Positions 10,799-20,409 are shown, counted from the stretch's first letter. The stretch: DNA of 64,000 nucleotides from Myxococcota bacterium (GCA_965223705.1 OZ245015.1:3232001-3296000); one strand, 5' to 3'. Numbers and translations are program-made. Notes: a model not told the origin generated them from the letters alone.

Positions 10799-11476
10799 AT
10801 GCTTCACCTTTTCTACTTCATCACGCGCAAAGCTTCGATGGCCGAAGAAGAGTTCCACCGCTATTGGCGCGAGGTCCACGGACCCATCGTCGAGAAGATC
10901 CCCATGCTTCGGCGCTACCAACAGAGTCACCAGCTCCCCGGAACGTCGATCGCTTCGAACTTTGACGGGGCCGCCGAGGCGTGGATAGACGATTTCGGCA
11001 GCCTGGAAGCGCTTCGTTCGAGCCCTGCGTACCTCGAGGGCGCGCTGGCCGACGAGCCAAATTTCATCGACATGAAGCGTGTCGAGTGGTTGGTGACCCG
11101 GGACAACGTCGTGCTCGACGGCGCCCAGACAGGAAAACAGGTCAAGACCGTCACCCGCGTCAAACGCAAGGAAGGGGTGACCGTCGAGGAGTTCCGGAAA
11201 CACTGGGCGGAAGTTCACGGGCCGATCGCTCTGCGCCTCCCGGGCATTCAACGCTACGTACAGAGCGCGACCGTCGACGAAGCCTATCAGTACGGCGAGC
11301 CCCGTTGGGACGGCGTCGCGCAAATTTGGGTGGATAATCTCCCCGCCTTGAAGGCGGTGCGGGAGTCCGAGACCTACACAGTCGACGCGATGAGCGACGC
11401 GTCGCTGTTTCTCGACGTGTCGGCGATCTCGGGGTTCGCGGCTGAAGAAGTCCTCGTCCGCTGGCCCAGCATCTAG
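10799..11476 (+). CDS. Tandem EthD-domain protein
   Basis: Two copies of EEFxxxWxEVHGPI..RY.QS..DGxAxxW; ATG10799 is preceded by an extended -10 (TGG-TACAAT). Confidence 0.85.
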   Translation: MLHLFYFITRKASMAEEEFHRYWREVHGPIVEKIPMLRRYQQSHQLPGTSIASNFDGAAEAWIDDFGSLEALRSSPAYLEGALADEPNFIDMKRVEWLVTRDNVVLDGAQTGKQVKTVTRVKRKEGVTVEEFRKHWAEVHGPIALRLPGIQRYVQSATVDEAYQYGEPRWDGVAQIWVDNLPALKAVRESETYTVDAMSDASLFLDVSAISGFAAEEVLVRWPSI

Positions 11477-11488
11477 CGGGGGACCGGC

Positions 11489-12556
11489 ATGAAACGATCG
11501 GTTCTTTGGATTGTGCTCAGCCTCGCTCTCGCGACCGGCTGCCGTTCCGCGAACGAGGGCTGCGAACCGGCGGGTGGCATCACTCCGATTTGCGGTTTCT
11601 TGGCCCCCGAGGACCTCGAGGTCACCGGAGCCGGAGACGCAATCATCGTCGGCGGGTTCAGTCTCGACAATGCGAACGGAGACATCCGGGCTCTCTACCT
11701 TGCCGACGAGGCCGCGGAGATCATCTACGCCCCCGACCGTGGCGGAGACAGCGTTCCGGCAGAGGCCCGCTGGGGCGACCCCACGTGCGAGGGTCCGTCG
11801 GATTCCTTCGCCGCCCACGGCATTCACCTATCTCAAAACGAGTTTGGCACCGAGACGCTCCTCGTCGTGAATCACACGGGGCGCGAGTCGATCGAATGGT
11901 TTGAAGTCTCCCGCGACACGGCTGGTCGTTACGCCGCGGAATGGAAGGGCTGCGTGATCATCGACGAAGAGCTCTGGGTGAACGATGTCGCCATGCTCCC
12001 GGAAGGCGGGTTCGTGGCAAGCCATATGATGCCTCGTGAACTGGCCAGTACGCTGTTCGACCGAAAACCCAATGACGACGTCGAGACGGGCTACCTGGTC
12101 ACATGGAAACCGGGTGACGGTTGGCAAAAGATTGAAGGTACGGAGGGGGCCCTCCCGAACGGGGTACAGGTGTCGCCCGATGGCTCGGTCATCTACAACA
12201 ATCACTATTCGGGCGATCAGACGATTGCCTTCGACCGCGTCCGCGGAAGACGAATTTGGACGACCGAGGTTCCGGGTGCTCCCGACAACATGAGCATCAC
12301 TCCGGCCGGGAAACTTCTCATCGCCGCGCATCTCGCCACACTTCGCGAAATCCGCGACTGCATGAACGAAGCGGGGCCTTTTTGTGCGCTCGGCTTCGCC
12401 CTCTTCTATCTCGACCCGGCGGACGGCGGGCTGACCCCGGTCTTCGAGTCAGCGGGGCCGCCCTTCGGAGGCTCGACAGTCGCCGTCGAAACCGGCGGCT
12501 CGATCTACATGGGCGCCTTCGCGGGGAACCGCATCGGTCGCATCGCGGCGCCGTAA
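11489..12556 (+). CDS. SMP-30/paraoxonase-like beta-propeller hydrolase, lipoprotein
   Basis: Lipobox LATGC; APEDL, PNGVQVSPDG and PDNMSI motifs. Confidence 0.8.
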   Translation: MKRSVLWIVLSLALATGCRSANEGCEPAGGITPICGFLAPEDLEVTGAGDAIIVGGFSLDNANGDIRALYLADEAAEIIYAPDRGGDSVPAEARWGDPTCEGPSDSFAAHGIHLSQNEFGTETLLVVNHTGRESIEWFEVSRDTAGRYAAEWKGCVIIDEELWVNDVAMLPEGGFVASHMMPRELASTLFDRKPNDDVETGYLVTWKPGDGWQKIEGTEGALPNGVQVSPDGSVIYNNHYSGDQTIAFDRVRGRRIWTTEVPGAPDNMSITPAGKLLIAAHLATLREIRDCMNEAGPFCALGFALFYLDPADGGLTPVFESAGPPFGGSTVAVETGGSIYMGAFAGNRIGRIAAP

Positions 12557-12564
12557 GCCGAATC

Positions 12565-14136
12565 GTGGCGAAACGGAGCTTCGTCGACGACAACGAGCGC
12601 GGCGTCCTCGCGGCCGTCTCTCGTCTCGCGACATCGAACCCGTTCCTTCCGGACCGCGTCGACGACGAGCGGAAAGCGCTCGGGAAAGCCTTCGTACGCT
12701 ACGCGCCCGTGTGGCACATGGACGGCAGACTCGAGGGGATCAACCCCAACCTCGAACCTTTGCGTCGTCTGACGGAGGAGCTCGCCGAAGCTCTACGAGG
12801 ACGCCTCCTATCCGGTGCGAGAGCGACGCGGGAAGAGCTGCAGCTCTACGAGGGCTTTGTTCGACACCTGCTCTTCTACCGGTACCACGCCGACCTCACC
12901 GAACTCATCACCGACCGCGAGCGCGGCAAGAAGGCGACGCAACGCGTCGCGCGCTGGGATTCTTTCGAAGCGGACTACTCACATTTTCTGGTCCTCGACG
13001 GAATTGAATTCCCCGTCGCCATCGACGCCGCCCACGTGTTTGCTTGGGGCTTCCAGATACGCCGCGCGTTCCACCACATCTACTGGCAGATCTACGGAAG
13101 TTCCGCCTGCATGGCCGATCTACGGGCGGCCGTCTGGCGCTCGATCTTCACGCACGACATCGACCGCTACCGGCGTTCGCTCTACGACAAGATGTCGGAC
13201 ATCCCAACGCTCGTGCTCGGCGAATCCGGCACGGGCAAAGAACTGGTGTCGCGCGCGATCGGAATGAGCCGCTACATACCGTTCGACCCGGTCAAGAAAG
13301 CGTTTGTCGCGGACTTTGCGGAAGGCCACCAGGCCGTGAATCTGCAGGCGCTTTCTTCATCGCTCGTCGAGTCAGAACTGTTCGGGCACAAACGCGGCGC
13401 CTTTACAGGCGCGGACATCGACCGTGCGGGATGGCTCGAATCGTGCGGTCCGTTTGGGACGATCTTTCTCGACGAAGTCGGCGACCTCGATCCTTCGATT
13501 CAAGTGAAATTGCTGCGTGTCTTGCAGGATCGCGTGTTTCAGCGGATCGGCGAGGTCGAGGATCGCCGCTTCGATGGAAAGATCGTCGCGGCGACGAACC
13601 GAGATCTGCGAGAAGAACGCGACCGGGGGCGCTTCCGCGACGATCTCTACTATCGGCTCTGTGCGGACGTGATTCGAACACCCACGCTTCGCGACCAGCT
13701 TCGCGACGATGTGTCCGAGTTGCGGTCACTCGTTCGAAACGTCTCGCAACGGTTCGTCGCGAGTGAAGCGGATGCCCTCACCGACGAAGTCGTCACCTGG
13801 ATCGGCGAGCACCTGCCGCCGAACTACACCTGGCCGGGGAACGTACGAGAGCTCGAACAATGCGTGCGGAGCATTCTCGTCCAGGGCCGCTACACACCGG
13901 GCGGTTCCGCACGCGAAACAGGCATCGCATCGACCATCGAGCGCGGCGAAGCCACGGCGGAAGAACTCCTGCGGGAGTACGCCACCCAGGTCTACGCGCG
14001 GGTCGGAAGCTATGAAGCGACGGCACGTGTGCTCGGGCTCGATCGACGTACGGTCAAAGCGAAGATCGACCGCGCGCGGCTCGAGCAGTTGCACGCCTCG
14101 CCAGAGGCCCGACCCCGGCGAGCCAAGAACCGATAA
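12565..14136 (+). CDS. Sigma54 enhancer-binding protein (AAA+ and HTH) with an unrecognised N-terminal domain
   Basis: GESGTGKE, ELFGHKRGAFTGA, FLDEVGD, AATNRDL, FRDDLYYRL and WPGNVRELE motifs; C-terminal HTH. Start inferred at GTG12565. Confidence 0.9.
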   Translation: MAKRSFVDDNERGVLAAVSRLATSNPFLPDRVDDERKALGKAFVRYAPVWHMDGRLEGINPNLEPLRRLTEELAEALRGRLLSGARATREELQLYEGFVRHLLFYRYHADLTELITDRERGKKATQRVARWDSFEADYSHFLVLDGIEFPVAIDAAHVFAWGFQIRRAFHHIYWQIYGSSACMADLRAAVWRSIFTHDIDRYRRSLYDKMSDIPTLVLGESGTGKELVSRAIGMSRYIPFDPVKKAFVADFAEGHQAVNLQALSSSLVESELFGHKRGAFTGADIDRAGWLESCGPFGTIFLDEVGDLDPSIQVKLLRVLQDRVFQRIGEVEDRRFDGKIVAATNRDLREERDRGRFRDDLYYRLCADVIRTPTLRDQLRDDVSELRSLVRNVSQRFVASEADALTDEVVTWIGEHLPPNYTWPGNVRELEQCVRSILVQGRYTPGGSARETGIASTIERGEATAEELLREYATQVYARVGSYEATARVLGLDRRTVKAKIDRARLEQLHASPEARPRRAKNR

Positions 14137-15379
14137 TCGGCAACAACCCGGGTACGACCCGCAACGTTCCGCTCGCGGCGACGACTCCGCCCTGGGAGAC
14201 GAGCCACAAACCCCACGAGAGGAGACCCGCGCCCATCAACAACCGCGGTGCCGAGGGCTCGGCCGCTCGCGGACGGGGCCGCTCGAAACGCGCCAGAAAA
14301 GGAACGCTCGCCAGGAGTGCCGTCGCGAAGATCGCGAGCCAAACCGGACGCGAAGCCCACCAGAGCGCGCTGTCGGGCACGACGTCGAGTCCGATCCCGC
14401 CGAGCAGCATCACCGCCGCGAACACGACGATCATCGCAGTCATGTGCCAGAGGTAGACCGTCATGATCATCCCGTTCACAAGGATCGTCGCCGTCCACGC
14501 GTTCACGTTCGTCAACCACCGGGCGATCCGGTTTTCGAGGCGCAGCACGATCCCCATCTGTGTCACGCCCAGAGCGAGGAGCGCCAAGCTCGGGGGAGAG
14601 GAGTTCGAAACGATCTCGCCCGGCCCCCCAACCATCGCCAGCGGATAGGGACCGAAGCGGATCAGGCAAGCCGTCGCGAGCGCGCCCCCCGCGGCCCAGA
14701 GAAGGGGTCGACGGATCCTCCCTGCATGCCATGCGAAGCCCAGCTGATGAACCGCGAGCCACACGAAGGCGTAGTTGGCGTAGCGAAGGCCCGGAACATT
14801 CAGTCCGAAGCCCGCACCATCGACGACAATCGCGGCGGCGACGAGAAAAGCGACAGAGCCCATTTCGAAACGGCGCCAAGCCCACGCGCAGGCCGGGACA
14901 GTCATACCGATCGCGATGTACACGGCGAGGAACCAGATCGGAACGAGCGCCGCTTGTGTGGTTTCGTGCACCAGTTTCGGATCGGCGCCGATCGCGACAA
15001 CGGCCAATCCGAGTCCGACCCAGAGCAAAAGGACCGGAAGCACGGGCGCGAACAAGCGTTCGAGACGACTCGCCAACCACGCGCTCTTCGGGGTTCCCTT
15101 GCGTCGCGCGGCCTCCCACGCGACCGCGTTCGCGTAGCCGCCCACGAAGAAGAAGATCGGCATCACCTGCACGAACAAGGTCAGCCACTGCGTCCAGGGT
15201 GCGAGAGCGAGCATGTGCCCGGGCACCAATCGACCGGCGTCGAGGTACGGCGCCGAGACCAGCCAGTGACCGAGAATGACGACCGCGATGGAAATCGCGC
15301 GCAAGAAATCGACGGTTCGGTTCCGGCTTGCAGGGGTCGCCTCAGCAAGGGTTCGGGCTCGTGTCCACAGGCTCTTCAT
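14054..15379 (-). CDS. Acyltransferase-3 family integral membrane acyltransferase
   Basis: RNRTVDFLRAISIAVVILGHW, QVMPIFFFVGGY, WFLAVY and MTVYLWH motifs. Confidence 0.9.
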   Translation of the reverse strand: MKSLWTRARTLAEATPASRNRTVDFLRAISIAVVILGHWLVSAPYLDAGRLVPGHMLALAPWTQWLTLFVQVMPIFFFVGGYANAVAWEAARRKGTPKSAWLASRLERLFAPVLPVLLLWVGLGLAVVAIGADPKLVHETTQAALVPIWFLAVYIAIGMTVPACAWAWRRFEMGSVAFLVAAAIVVDGAGFGLNVPGLRYANYAFVWLAVHQLGFAWHAGRIRRPLLWAAGGALATACLIRFGPYPLAMVGGPGEIVSNSSPPSLALLALGVTQMGIVLRLENRIARWLTNVNAWTATILVNGMIMTVYLWHMTAMIVVFAAVMLLGGIGLDVVPDSALWWASRPVWLAIFATALLASVPFLARFERPRPRAAEPSAPRLLMGAGLLSWGLWLVSQGGVVAASGTLRVVPGLLPIIGSWLAGVGPLARRATARAARGRSSL

Positions 15380-15408
15380 CGCTCTCTCCTTTTCCGTGAG
15401 CGATCTAG

Positions 15409-15425
15409 AGCAGGAAGCGTGCCGG
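15409..15425 (-). promoter_or_regulatory. Sigma54 (-24/-12) promoter
   Basis: The minus strand reads CCGGCACGCTTCCTGCT, i.e. GG-N10-GC with GGCACG, about 30 nt upstream of the acyltransferase ATG. Confidence 0.75.
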
Positions 15426-15442
15426 AGAATAAAGTCTTTTAA

Positions 15443-15455
15443 AATCAGATAGTTA
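15443..15455 (+). promoter_or_regulatory. IHF binding site
   Basis: AATCAGATAGTTA fits WATCAR-N4-TTR and has an adjacent AT tract; it lies between the sigma54 promoter and the putative enhancer. Confidence 0.7.
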
Positions 15456-15489
15456 CAGAATACTTCGGAGCTGCCTCTCGAAACAACTC

Positions 15490-15524
15490 TACATCCAATG
15501 ATCGGTCGCTGTTCAATAGATGTA
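15490..15524. promoter_or_regulatory. Putative enhancer (UAS) inverted repeat
   Basis: TACATCCAATGA-N11-TCAATAGATGTA, 10 of 12 positions symmetric. Confidence 0.6.
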
Positions 15525-15535
15525 TGTCCGGTTCA

Positions 15536-15943
15536 CTACGAGACCGGTCGGAACTGGGGCAACCACAGGCCGTCGCCCGCATCCTCGAATGTCACTTCGA
15601 CCGGCAGATCGGCGCACACGTCTTCGTGAGCGATGCCCAGGAGATTGCTGATCATCGAAATTCCCTCGTCGAGGGCGATCTGAGCCACCACGTACGGGAC
15701 GTAGTCACGAAAGCCTTCGTAATAAACCTGATGCATCCGCCCCCAAGACCAGACCGCCCCGCGCCCCGAAAGTTCGGCCCACTCGAAATCCGTGGAGCCG
15801 CAGTACGGAGAAACCGGTCCGGGTGGAAACCAAAAGCGGCCCGTCGTCAGGCAGCGTTGGGCAACGAGTCGCCGCTCTCGGCAAGCCTTCCAAAACGGTC
15901 GGTTCCAGGCGTTCATCACCGGACGCGGTCGCTCGGCGCGCAT
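15536..15943 (-). CDS. Zn-ribbon/OB-fold (DUF35, ChsH2-like) protein
   Basis: PFWKAC..QRC..PP..C..LSGRGAVWSW..PYVVAQIALDEG; ATG15943 overlaps the upstream TGA. Confidence 0.9.
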   Translation of the reverse strand: MRAERPRPVMNAWNRPFWKACRERRLVAQRCLTTGRFWFPPGPVSPYCGSTDFEWAELSGRGAVWSWGRMHQVYYEGFRDYVPYVVAQIALDEGISMISNLLGIAHEDVCADLPVEVTFEDAGDGLWLPQFRPVS

Positions 15944-17061
15944 CAGGCCCTCCGCAGGATTGCGGTGGTCAAGATGTTCGCCGCGCACGCGTACTGGATG
16001 GCTTCGCAATCTGGAATCTGCAGATTGGCTTCGCGCCGGCACTGACGTACCGCTTCGACCATCAGCGCCCAGCCCTGCATGTAGCTCTCCGAAAGATGCC
16101 CACCGTTCGTGTTCGTCGGCCAACGCCCGCGGCCGTGCTCGAGCGTACCGTCGCGAACGAATGCCCCGCCCTCGCCCTGTTCGCAGAACCCGAGACCTTC
16201 GAGGGTAAAGATCACCGTCGGTGTAAAATTGTCGTAGATCATCAAACCCGACAGCGCGTCCTGCGCGATCCCCGACCGTTCGTAGACCTGCCTGCCGATG
16301 TTCTGCAGCGCGGGAAACCAGTAGTCCGTCCGAGCGTAGGAAGCGGTCTCGAACGCGTCTTGCCGCGCAAAGCCACTCAAATAAACCGGGGGCTTACGCA
16401 GGTCGCGCGCCCGCGCAGCATTCGTAACGATCAGCGCGACGCCGCCGTCGTTGATCAAGCAGTAGTCGAGCAGATGCAGTGGCTCGCAGATCATGCGCGA
16501 TTTCTGATGATCTTCGATCGTGATGGGCGTTCTCATCACGGCTTTCGGGTTCGACGCGGCGTGCTTGCGGAACGCCACGGCGATCGACGCGAGATCTTCC
16601 GATCGCGTCCCGAACTCGATCTGGTGCCTGCGGAACATCAAAGCGTGGAGCGCCCCGGGTGACGTGAGGCCCCACGGCGACCAGGGCCATTGTCCGTCCT
16701 CGCCGCCGTACCGAACGCCCGCGGATTTGCCGTTGTTCCCATAGACCAAAGCTACGGTATCCGCCGCCCCGGAAGCGATCGCGTTCGTAGCCAATTGCAG
16801 GGACCCCCCGGCGAAACGTCCCTCGCCGGGCGTCGGCACCGTAAAGCGCGGCCGAAGGCCCGACATTTCGGCGAAGCGTTCGTAGGGGATTCGGTTGGTG
16901 ATCAATCCGTCGATATCGGAGAGGCCGATTCCCGCGTCGACGCATGCCTCATTGAGCGCTTCCAATCCCAACCCGAACGCGTCGGTCTCGGGGAAGACGC
17001 CGTAGGACGTCGTGCCCACGCCGACGAACGCGATTCGGTCGCGCAGCGGCCAGTCACTCAT
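15943..17061 (-). CDS. Thiolase-fold protein, Ltp2-like aldolase type
   Basis: NPKAVMR, EPLHLLDYC, YDNFT and NTNGGHLSESY motifs; no N-terminal catalytic Cys. Confidence 0.85.
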   Translation of the reverse strand: MSDWPLRDRIAFVGVGTTSYGVFPETDAFGLGLEALNEACVDAGIGLSDIDGLITNRIPYERFAEMSGLRPRFTVPTPGEGRFAGGSLQLATNAIASGAADTVALVYGNNGKSAGVRYGGEDGQWPWSPWGLTSPGALHALMFRRHQIEFGTRSEDLASIAVAFRKHAASNPKAVMRTPITIEDHQKSRMICEPLHLLDYCLINDGGVALIVTNAARARDLRKPPVYLSGFARQDAFETASYARTDYWFPALQNIGRQVYERSGIAQDALSGLMIYDNFTPTVIFTLEGLGFCEQGEGGAFVRDGTLEHGRGRWPTNTNGGHLSESYMQGWALMVEAVRQCRREANLQIPDCEAIQYACAANILTTAILRRA

Positions 17062-18631
17062 GGGACGACCCCTCTTCCCAATAGTCGTAAAAATTGAACC
17101 AGTTCAACGGTTCGCTTCGCGCGTGATGTTCGAGCCGCTCGGCGAAGCGCTGAACCGTGGCCGTCTTCGCCGGCAGATCGCCGCGTCGTGGCCACTCGAT
17201 GCTGTCGGAGAAAGTCTCACACCGGAGTTCGTAGTGGTCGGGATCGCGGTAGACGTTGAAGACGAGGAGTACCGGGCAACCGATGACGGAAGCCACGGAG
17301 AATGCACCGGTCGGGAAGCGCGCTTGGCTGCCGAGAAAGTTCACCGAAACAGATTCTCCCCCCGGTACGACGCGGTCACCCAGAAACGCCACCAGTTCCC
17401 CGTCTTGAACCCGACGACGTACTTCGAGCAGATGGTCGATTTCGCCGGGGCGGATGCGGATGACACGGCGTGCGAGCTCCGGGGCGAGGCTCTCGAAGAT
17501 CGCATACGACATCGCCGTGTTGTCGAACCAGGCCACGATCGACAGCGGAACATCGTCCTCCTCGGCGGCCGCGCGAAGCGCCTCATACGACCCGAAATGC
17601 GCCCCGACGAGAATGGCGCCCTGGCCAGAGCGACGCAGGCGCGCCACGTGTTCATGGCCCACGCGCGAGATCCTGAAACGATCGAGATCACCGCGCAGAA
17701 AGAAGATGCGGTCGGTCGCGCAGAACGCAAAGGTGCGAACATGTCGGTACACCGAGAGGAGCGTCGGGGGGACCCCGACGCGGCGCAGATAGCGGCGAGA
17801 GTTTCTGCGGAGCTCCGGGTCTGTCAGCACGTAGTACGCAGCGACGAACCACAGGACGAAGCGAATCGGTGCCCGCCCGAAGTAGCGACAAATGAAGAGC
17901 ACCAATCGCACACTCCGCACTCCGCCCTTCTCCGCCCGGGACATCCAGTCGCCCGATGCGGTGCCCGCGAACAAGCGCGCAAGGTTGCGATCGATCCAGC
18001 CGGGACCGAAACGTCGGAAGAGGAAGCGCCGTACGACGAACTCGACGGCGAAGAACAAGCCGATCCAAACGTAGGCCAGAAAACCGGTGTAGAAGGCCCA
18101 CCAGGAGAGCGGCGCAAACGCCGCGAGGAGCGCGCAAAGAGCCCCGTTTGCGGCGAAGAACAGACACCACGCTCGGGTCAGCGACGTGCAGTAGCGCACC
18201 TCGTCGGGTGACAAATCGCCGTCGATCTGACGCGCAACGTCTTCGACGAGCGTGGTCGGCCGGCGGAGTGAGCGCGCGAATATGAACAACAGGGTCGCGT
18301 TCATCAACACTGGGAAGAGCAAGAGGAACAGGGCATCTCGCGTCCACGCCGCCACCGCGCCGAGCGCGATCGCGGGCGCGAGCGATACCAACCCCTGGGT
18401 CCACCCGAGGGAGTTCGCGCGGCGAGTCGCAGCGACGATCGCGACCCGGAGCCCCAACGCCGCGAGTAGCCACAGGGCGACCAGACGCGTTCCCCAATGT
18501 GTCAATCCCGTATAGACGATCAGCGGGTAGGCCACCGCGAAGACGGTGGCTAGGGTCGCGAGAACCGAGTGACGGCGTGGAGCGGGACTTTCCGAAAGTG
18601 CACGCGCGGGGAGGTCGACCTCGGAGCTCAC
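17054..18631 (-). CDS. Fusion of a COG4648-like membrane domain and an LpxL-like acyltransferase domain
   Basis: N-terminal AYPLIVY..FPVLMNA..FARSL..YCTSLTRAWCLFF..WWAFYTG..EFVVRR; C-terminal ERG-like helix, ILVGAHFGSYE, FLGDR, FLG..A.FP.G and PLNWFNFYDYW. GTG18631 overlaps the upstream stop. Confidence 0.75.
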   Translation of the reverse strand: MSSEVDLPARALSESPAPRRHSVLATLATVFAVAYPLIVYTGLTHWGTRLVALWLLAALGLRVAIVAATRRANSLGWTQGLVSLAPAIALGAVAAWTRDALFLLLFPVLMNATLLFIFARSLRRPTTLVEDVARQIDGDLSPDEVRYCTSLTRAWCLFFAANGALCALLAAFAPLSWWAFYTGFLAYVWIGLFFAVEFVVRRFLFRRFGPGWIDRNLARLFAGTASGDWMSRAEKGGVRSVRLVLFICRYFGRAPIRFVLWFVAAYYVLTDPELRRNSRRYLRRVGVPPTLLSVYRHVRTFAFCATDRIFFLRGDLDRFRISRVGHEHVARLRRSGQGAILVGAHFGSYEALRAAAEEDDVPLSIVAWFDNTAMSYAIFESLAPELARRVIRIRPGEIDHLLEVRRRVQDGELVAFLGDRVVPGGESVSVNFLGSQARFPTGAFSVASVIGCPVLLVFNVYRDPDHYELRCETFSDSIEWPRRGDLPAKTATVQRFAERLEHHARSEPLNWFNFYDYWEEGSSHE

Positions 18632-19632
18632 GGGTTTTCCGGCGAGCTCCCGAGTGCACGCTCGAGCGCGGCCCACTCATCTTGTCGCCAGCGCCGCGAA
18701 AGCGCCGACTCCGAGACGAACATGTTCGACCCGTGGAAGGCCCCGGGGTATACGTGCAGTTCGGTGGGAACGCCGGCGCGCATCAGTGCCTGGGCGTATG
18801 CGACGTCTTCGTCGAGAAACAAATCGAGATCGCCGACGTTGATGTACGCGGGAGGCAGACCGGAAACGTCGCTCGCGCGGGCCGGGGCGGCGTACGGCGA
18901 GACGTCCTTGCCACCCGCTTGGCCGGCGAGATAGGCCGACCAGCCGAGTTCATTCGCTGTGCGGTTCCACAAGCGTGGATCGACGATCGCGTAACTACTC
19001 GCCGTCTCGTTGCGATCGTCCAACATCGGGAAGACCAGAAATTGAAAGCACAGCGGGACTTCGCCGCGGTCCCTCGCGATGAGCGCGCATCCGGCCGCCA
19101 AGCCGCCTCCGGCGCTCGCTCCGCCGATCGCCAATCGCGTCGGGTCGACCCCGAGGCGACCCGCGTTCTGGTGAAGCCAGCGAAGACCCGCGTAGCAATC
19201 TTCCACGGGCGCCGGGAACGGGTGTTCCGGCGCAAGCCGGTACTCGACGGACGCCACGACCGCCCGGAGACGCGCGGCGCGCGCGATGCACAGATCGTCA
19301 TCGTGATCGACAGCGCCGAGGACCATTCCGCCCCCGTGAATCCAGTACAACGCCGGGGCTTCCGCCGGGAGTCCGGCGGGGCGATAGATGCGAACCGGGA
19401 CTTCGGGATCACCCGGAGGTCCGGGAGCCGTATGGTCCTCGACGACCATGCCGTCGGGCACTTCGCCCTTGCGCAGTGCGCGACGCGATTCATCGAAGCT
19501 GGCACGGGTCCGCGGAATGTCGCTGAGGTCGAGAAAATCCCGCGGAATCGCTTCGAGGACAGCGCGATGAGCGTCGTCCAATCGAGCTAGTAGTGCTTCT
19601 TCCGTCAACGCCGGCGCTGTCTGTGTAGCCAA
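18628..19632 (-). CDS. HSL-family alpha/beta hydrolase (esterase)
   Basis: HGGG, YRLAPEHPFPA, GASAGG and HVYPGAFHG motifs. Confidence 0.93.
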   Translation of the reverse strand: MATQTAPALTEEALLARLDDAHRAVLEAIPRDFLDLSDIPRTRASFDESRRALRKGEVPDGMVVEDHTAPGPPGDPEVPVRIYRPAGLPAEAPALYWIHGGGMVLGAVDHDDDLCIARAARLRAVVASVEYRLAPEHPFPAPVEDCYAGLRWLHQNAGRLGVDPTRLAIGGASAGGGLAAGCALIARDRGEVPLCFQFLVFPMLDDRNETASSYAIVDPRLWNRTANELGWSAYLAGQAGGKDVSPYAAPARASDVSGLPPAYINVGDLDLFLDEDVAYAQALMRAGVPTELHVYPGAFHGSNMFVSESALSRRWRQDEWAALERALGSSPENP

Positions 19633-19701
19633 CGAAACCCCTCCTCGTGCGCTGGTATCCGACGATAGCGCGAGGCGTTCGTTCGGCTCGACAGATCGCG
19701 G

Positions 19702-20409
19702 CTACGCGGCGTCGTGGAAAATCACGCCGAGCGCAAAGCGGCGGCCCGCGTCGACCGGGCTCACGCCGTGCCGCAGCGACGCGCGCAACATCCCGCGCGC
19801 CCCCTGCACCGGCCGCCACGAATTCGCGAACAGGATGAGCTCACCGTAACTGGGGGCCAGCGCCACGCCGCGAGATTGCTGACGTGCTCGATTCTCGACC
19901 ACGAGAAATTCGCCGCCGCGAAAATCCCGACCCGGGCGGCTCAACAGCACCATCGCCTGGAGTGGAAACGCGACGTCCCCATAGAGGTCGCGGTGGAGAC
20001 AGTTGAAGCCGTCCGTCTCGTAGCGGAGAAGTAGCGGGGTCGGCCGCATTTGGCCCGCGCGATGACAGCGTTCGATAAATTCGGGCAATCGCGCCGGAAA
20101 CCTCTCCCTTTCGCCCACTGCGCGATTCCAGCGGTTCGCTGTCGGGGCGAGGCGCCGGTAGAGCCCGTTGCGCAGCGTCGCCACGAGCTTCGGCAAAGGC
20201 TCGTCGAAGTACGCGTAGTCCCCGACGCCGAACCGGTGGCGCGCCATCTCGACGCGTTTGCGGAACCGCCGATCTTCCCCATACAACGCGACAAGCGCCT
20301 CGCATTCCGCGGCTTCGAGGAGAGGGCCCGCTCTCGCGCACCCGCGGGCATCGAGCTCAGCTTCGATCGCCGGCCACGACAAGGCTTCGATGCGCGCGGC
20401 GAGCGTCAA
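19702..20409 (-). CDS. 2OG-Fe(II) oxygenase (DUF2086-like, Ada-associated)
   Basis: MARHRFGVGDYAYF, RPTPLLLRY, NCLHRDLYG, LRHGVS and GVIFHDAA motifs. Confidence 0.88.
   Translation of the reverse strand: MTLAARIEALSWPAIEAELDARGCARAGPLLEAAECEALVALYGEDRRFRKRVEMARHRFGVGDYAYFDEPLPKLVATLRNGLYRRLAPTANRWNRAVGERERFPARLPEFIERCHRAGQMRPTPLLLRYETDGFNCLHRDLYGDVAFPLQAMVLLSRPGRDFRGGEFLVVENRARQQSRGVALAPSYGELILFANSWRPVQGARGMLRASLRHGVSPVDAGRRFALGVIFHDAA

Noticed and set aside
12256..12564. Long N-terminal extensions in the ORF track (also 22612, 25346, 30339, 35828, 36922, 46225, 52174, 59468)
   Set aside because: They overlap neighbouring real genes. Downstream starts with an SD, a stop/start overlap or a -10 fit better.
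13709..15442. 577-aa plus-strand ORF and many other long Arg/Pro-rich alternative-frame ORFs (e.g. 33309-34904, 54271-55737)
   Set aside because: These are expected shadows of real genes in high-GC DNA and carry no recognisable motifs.
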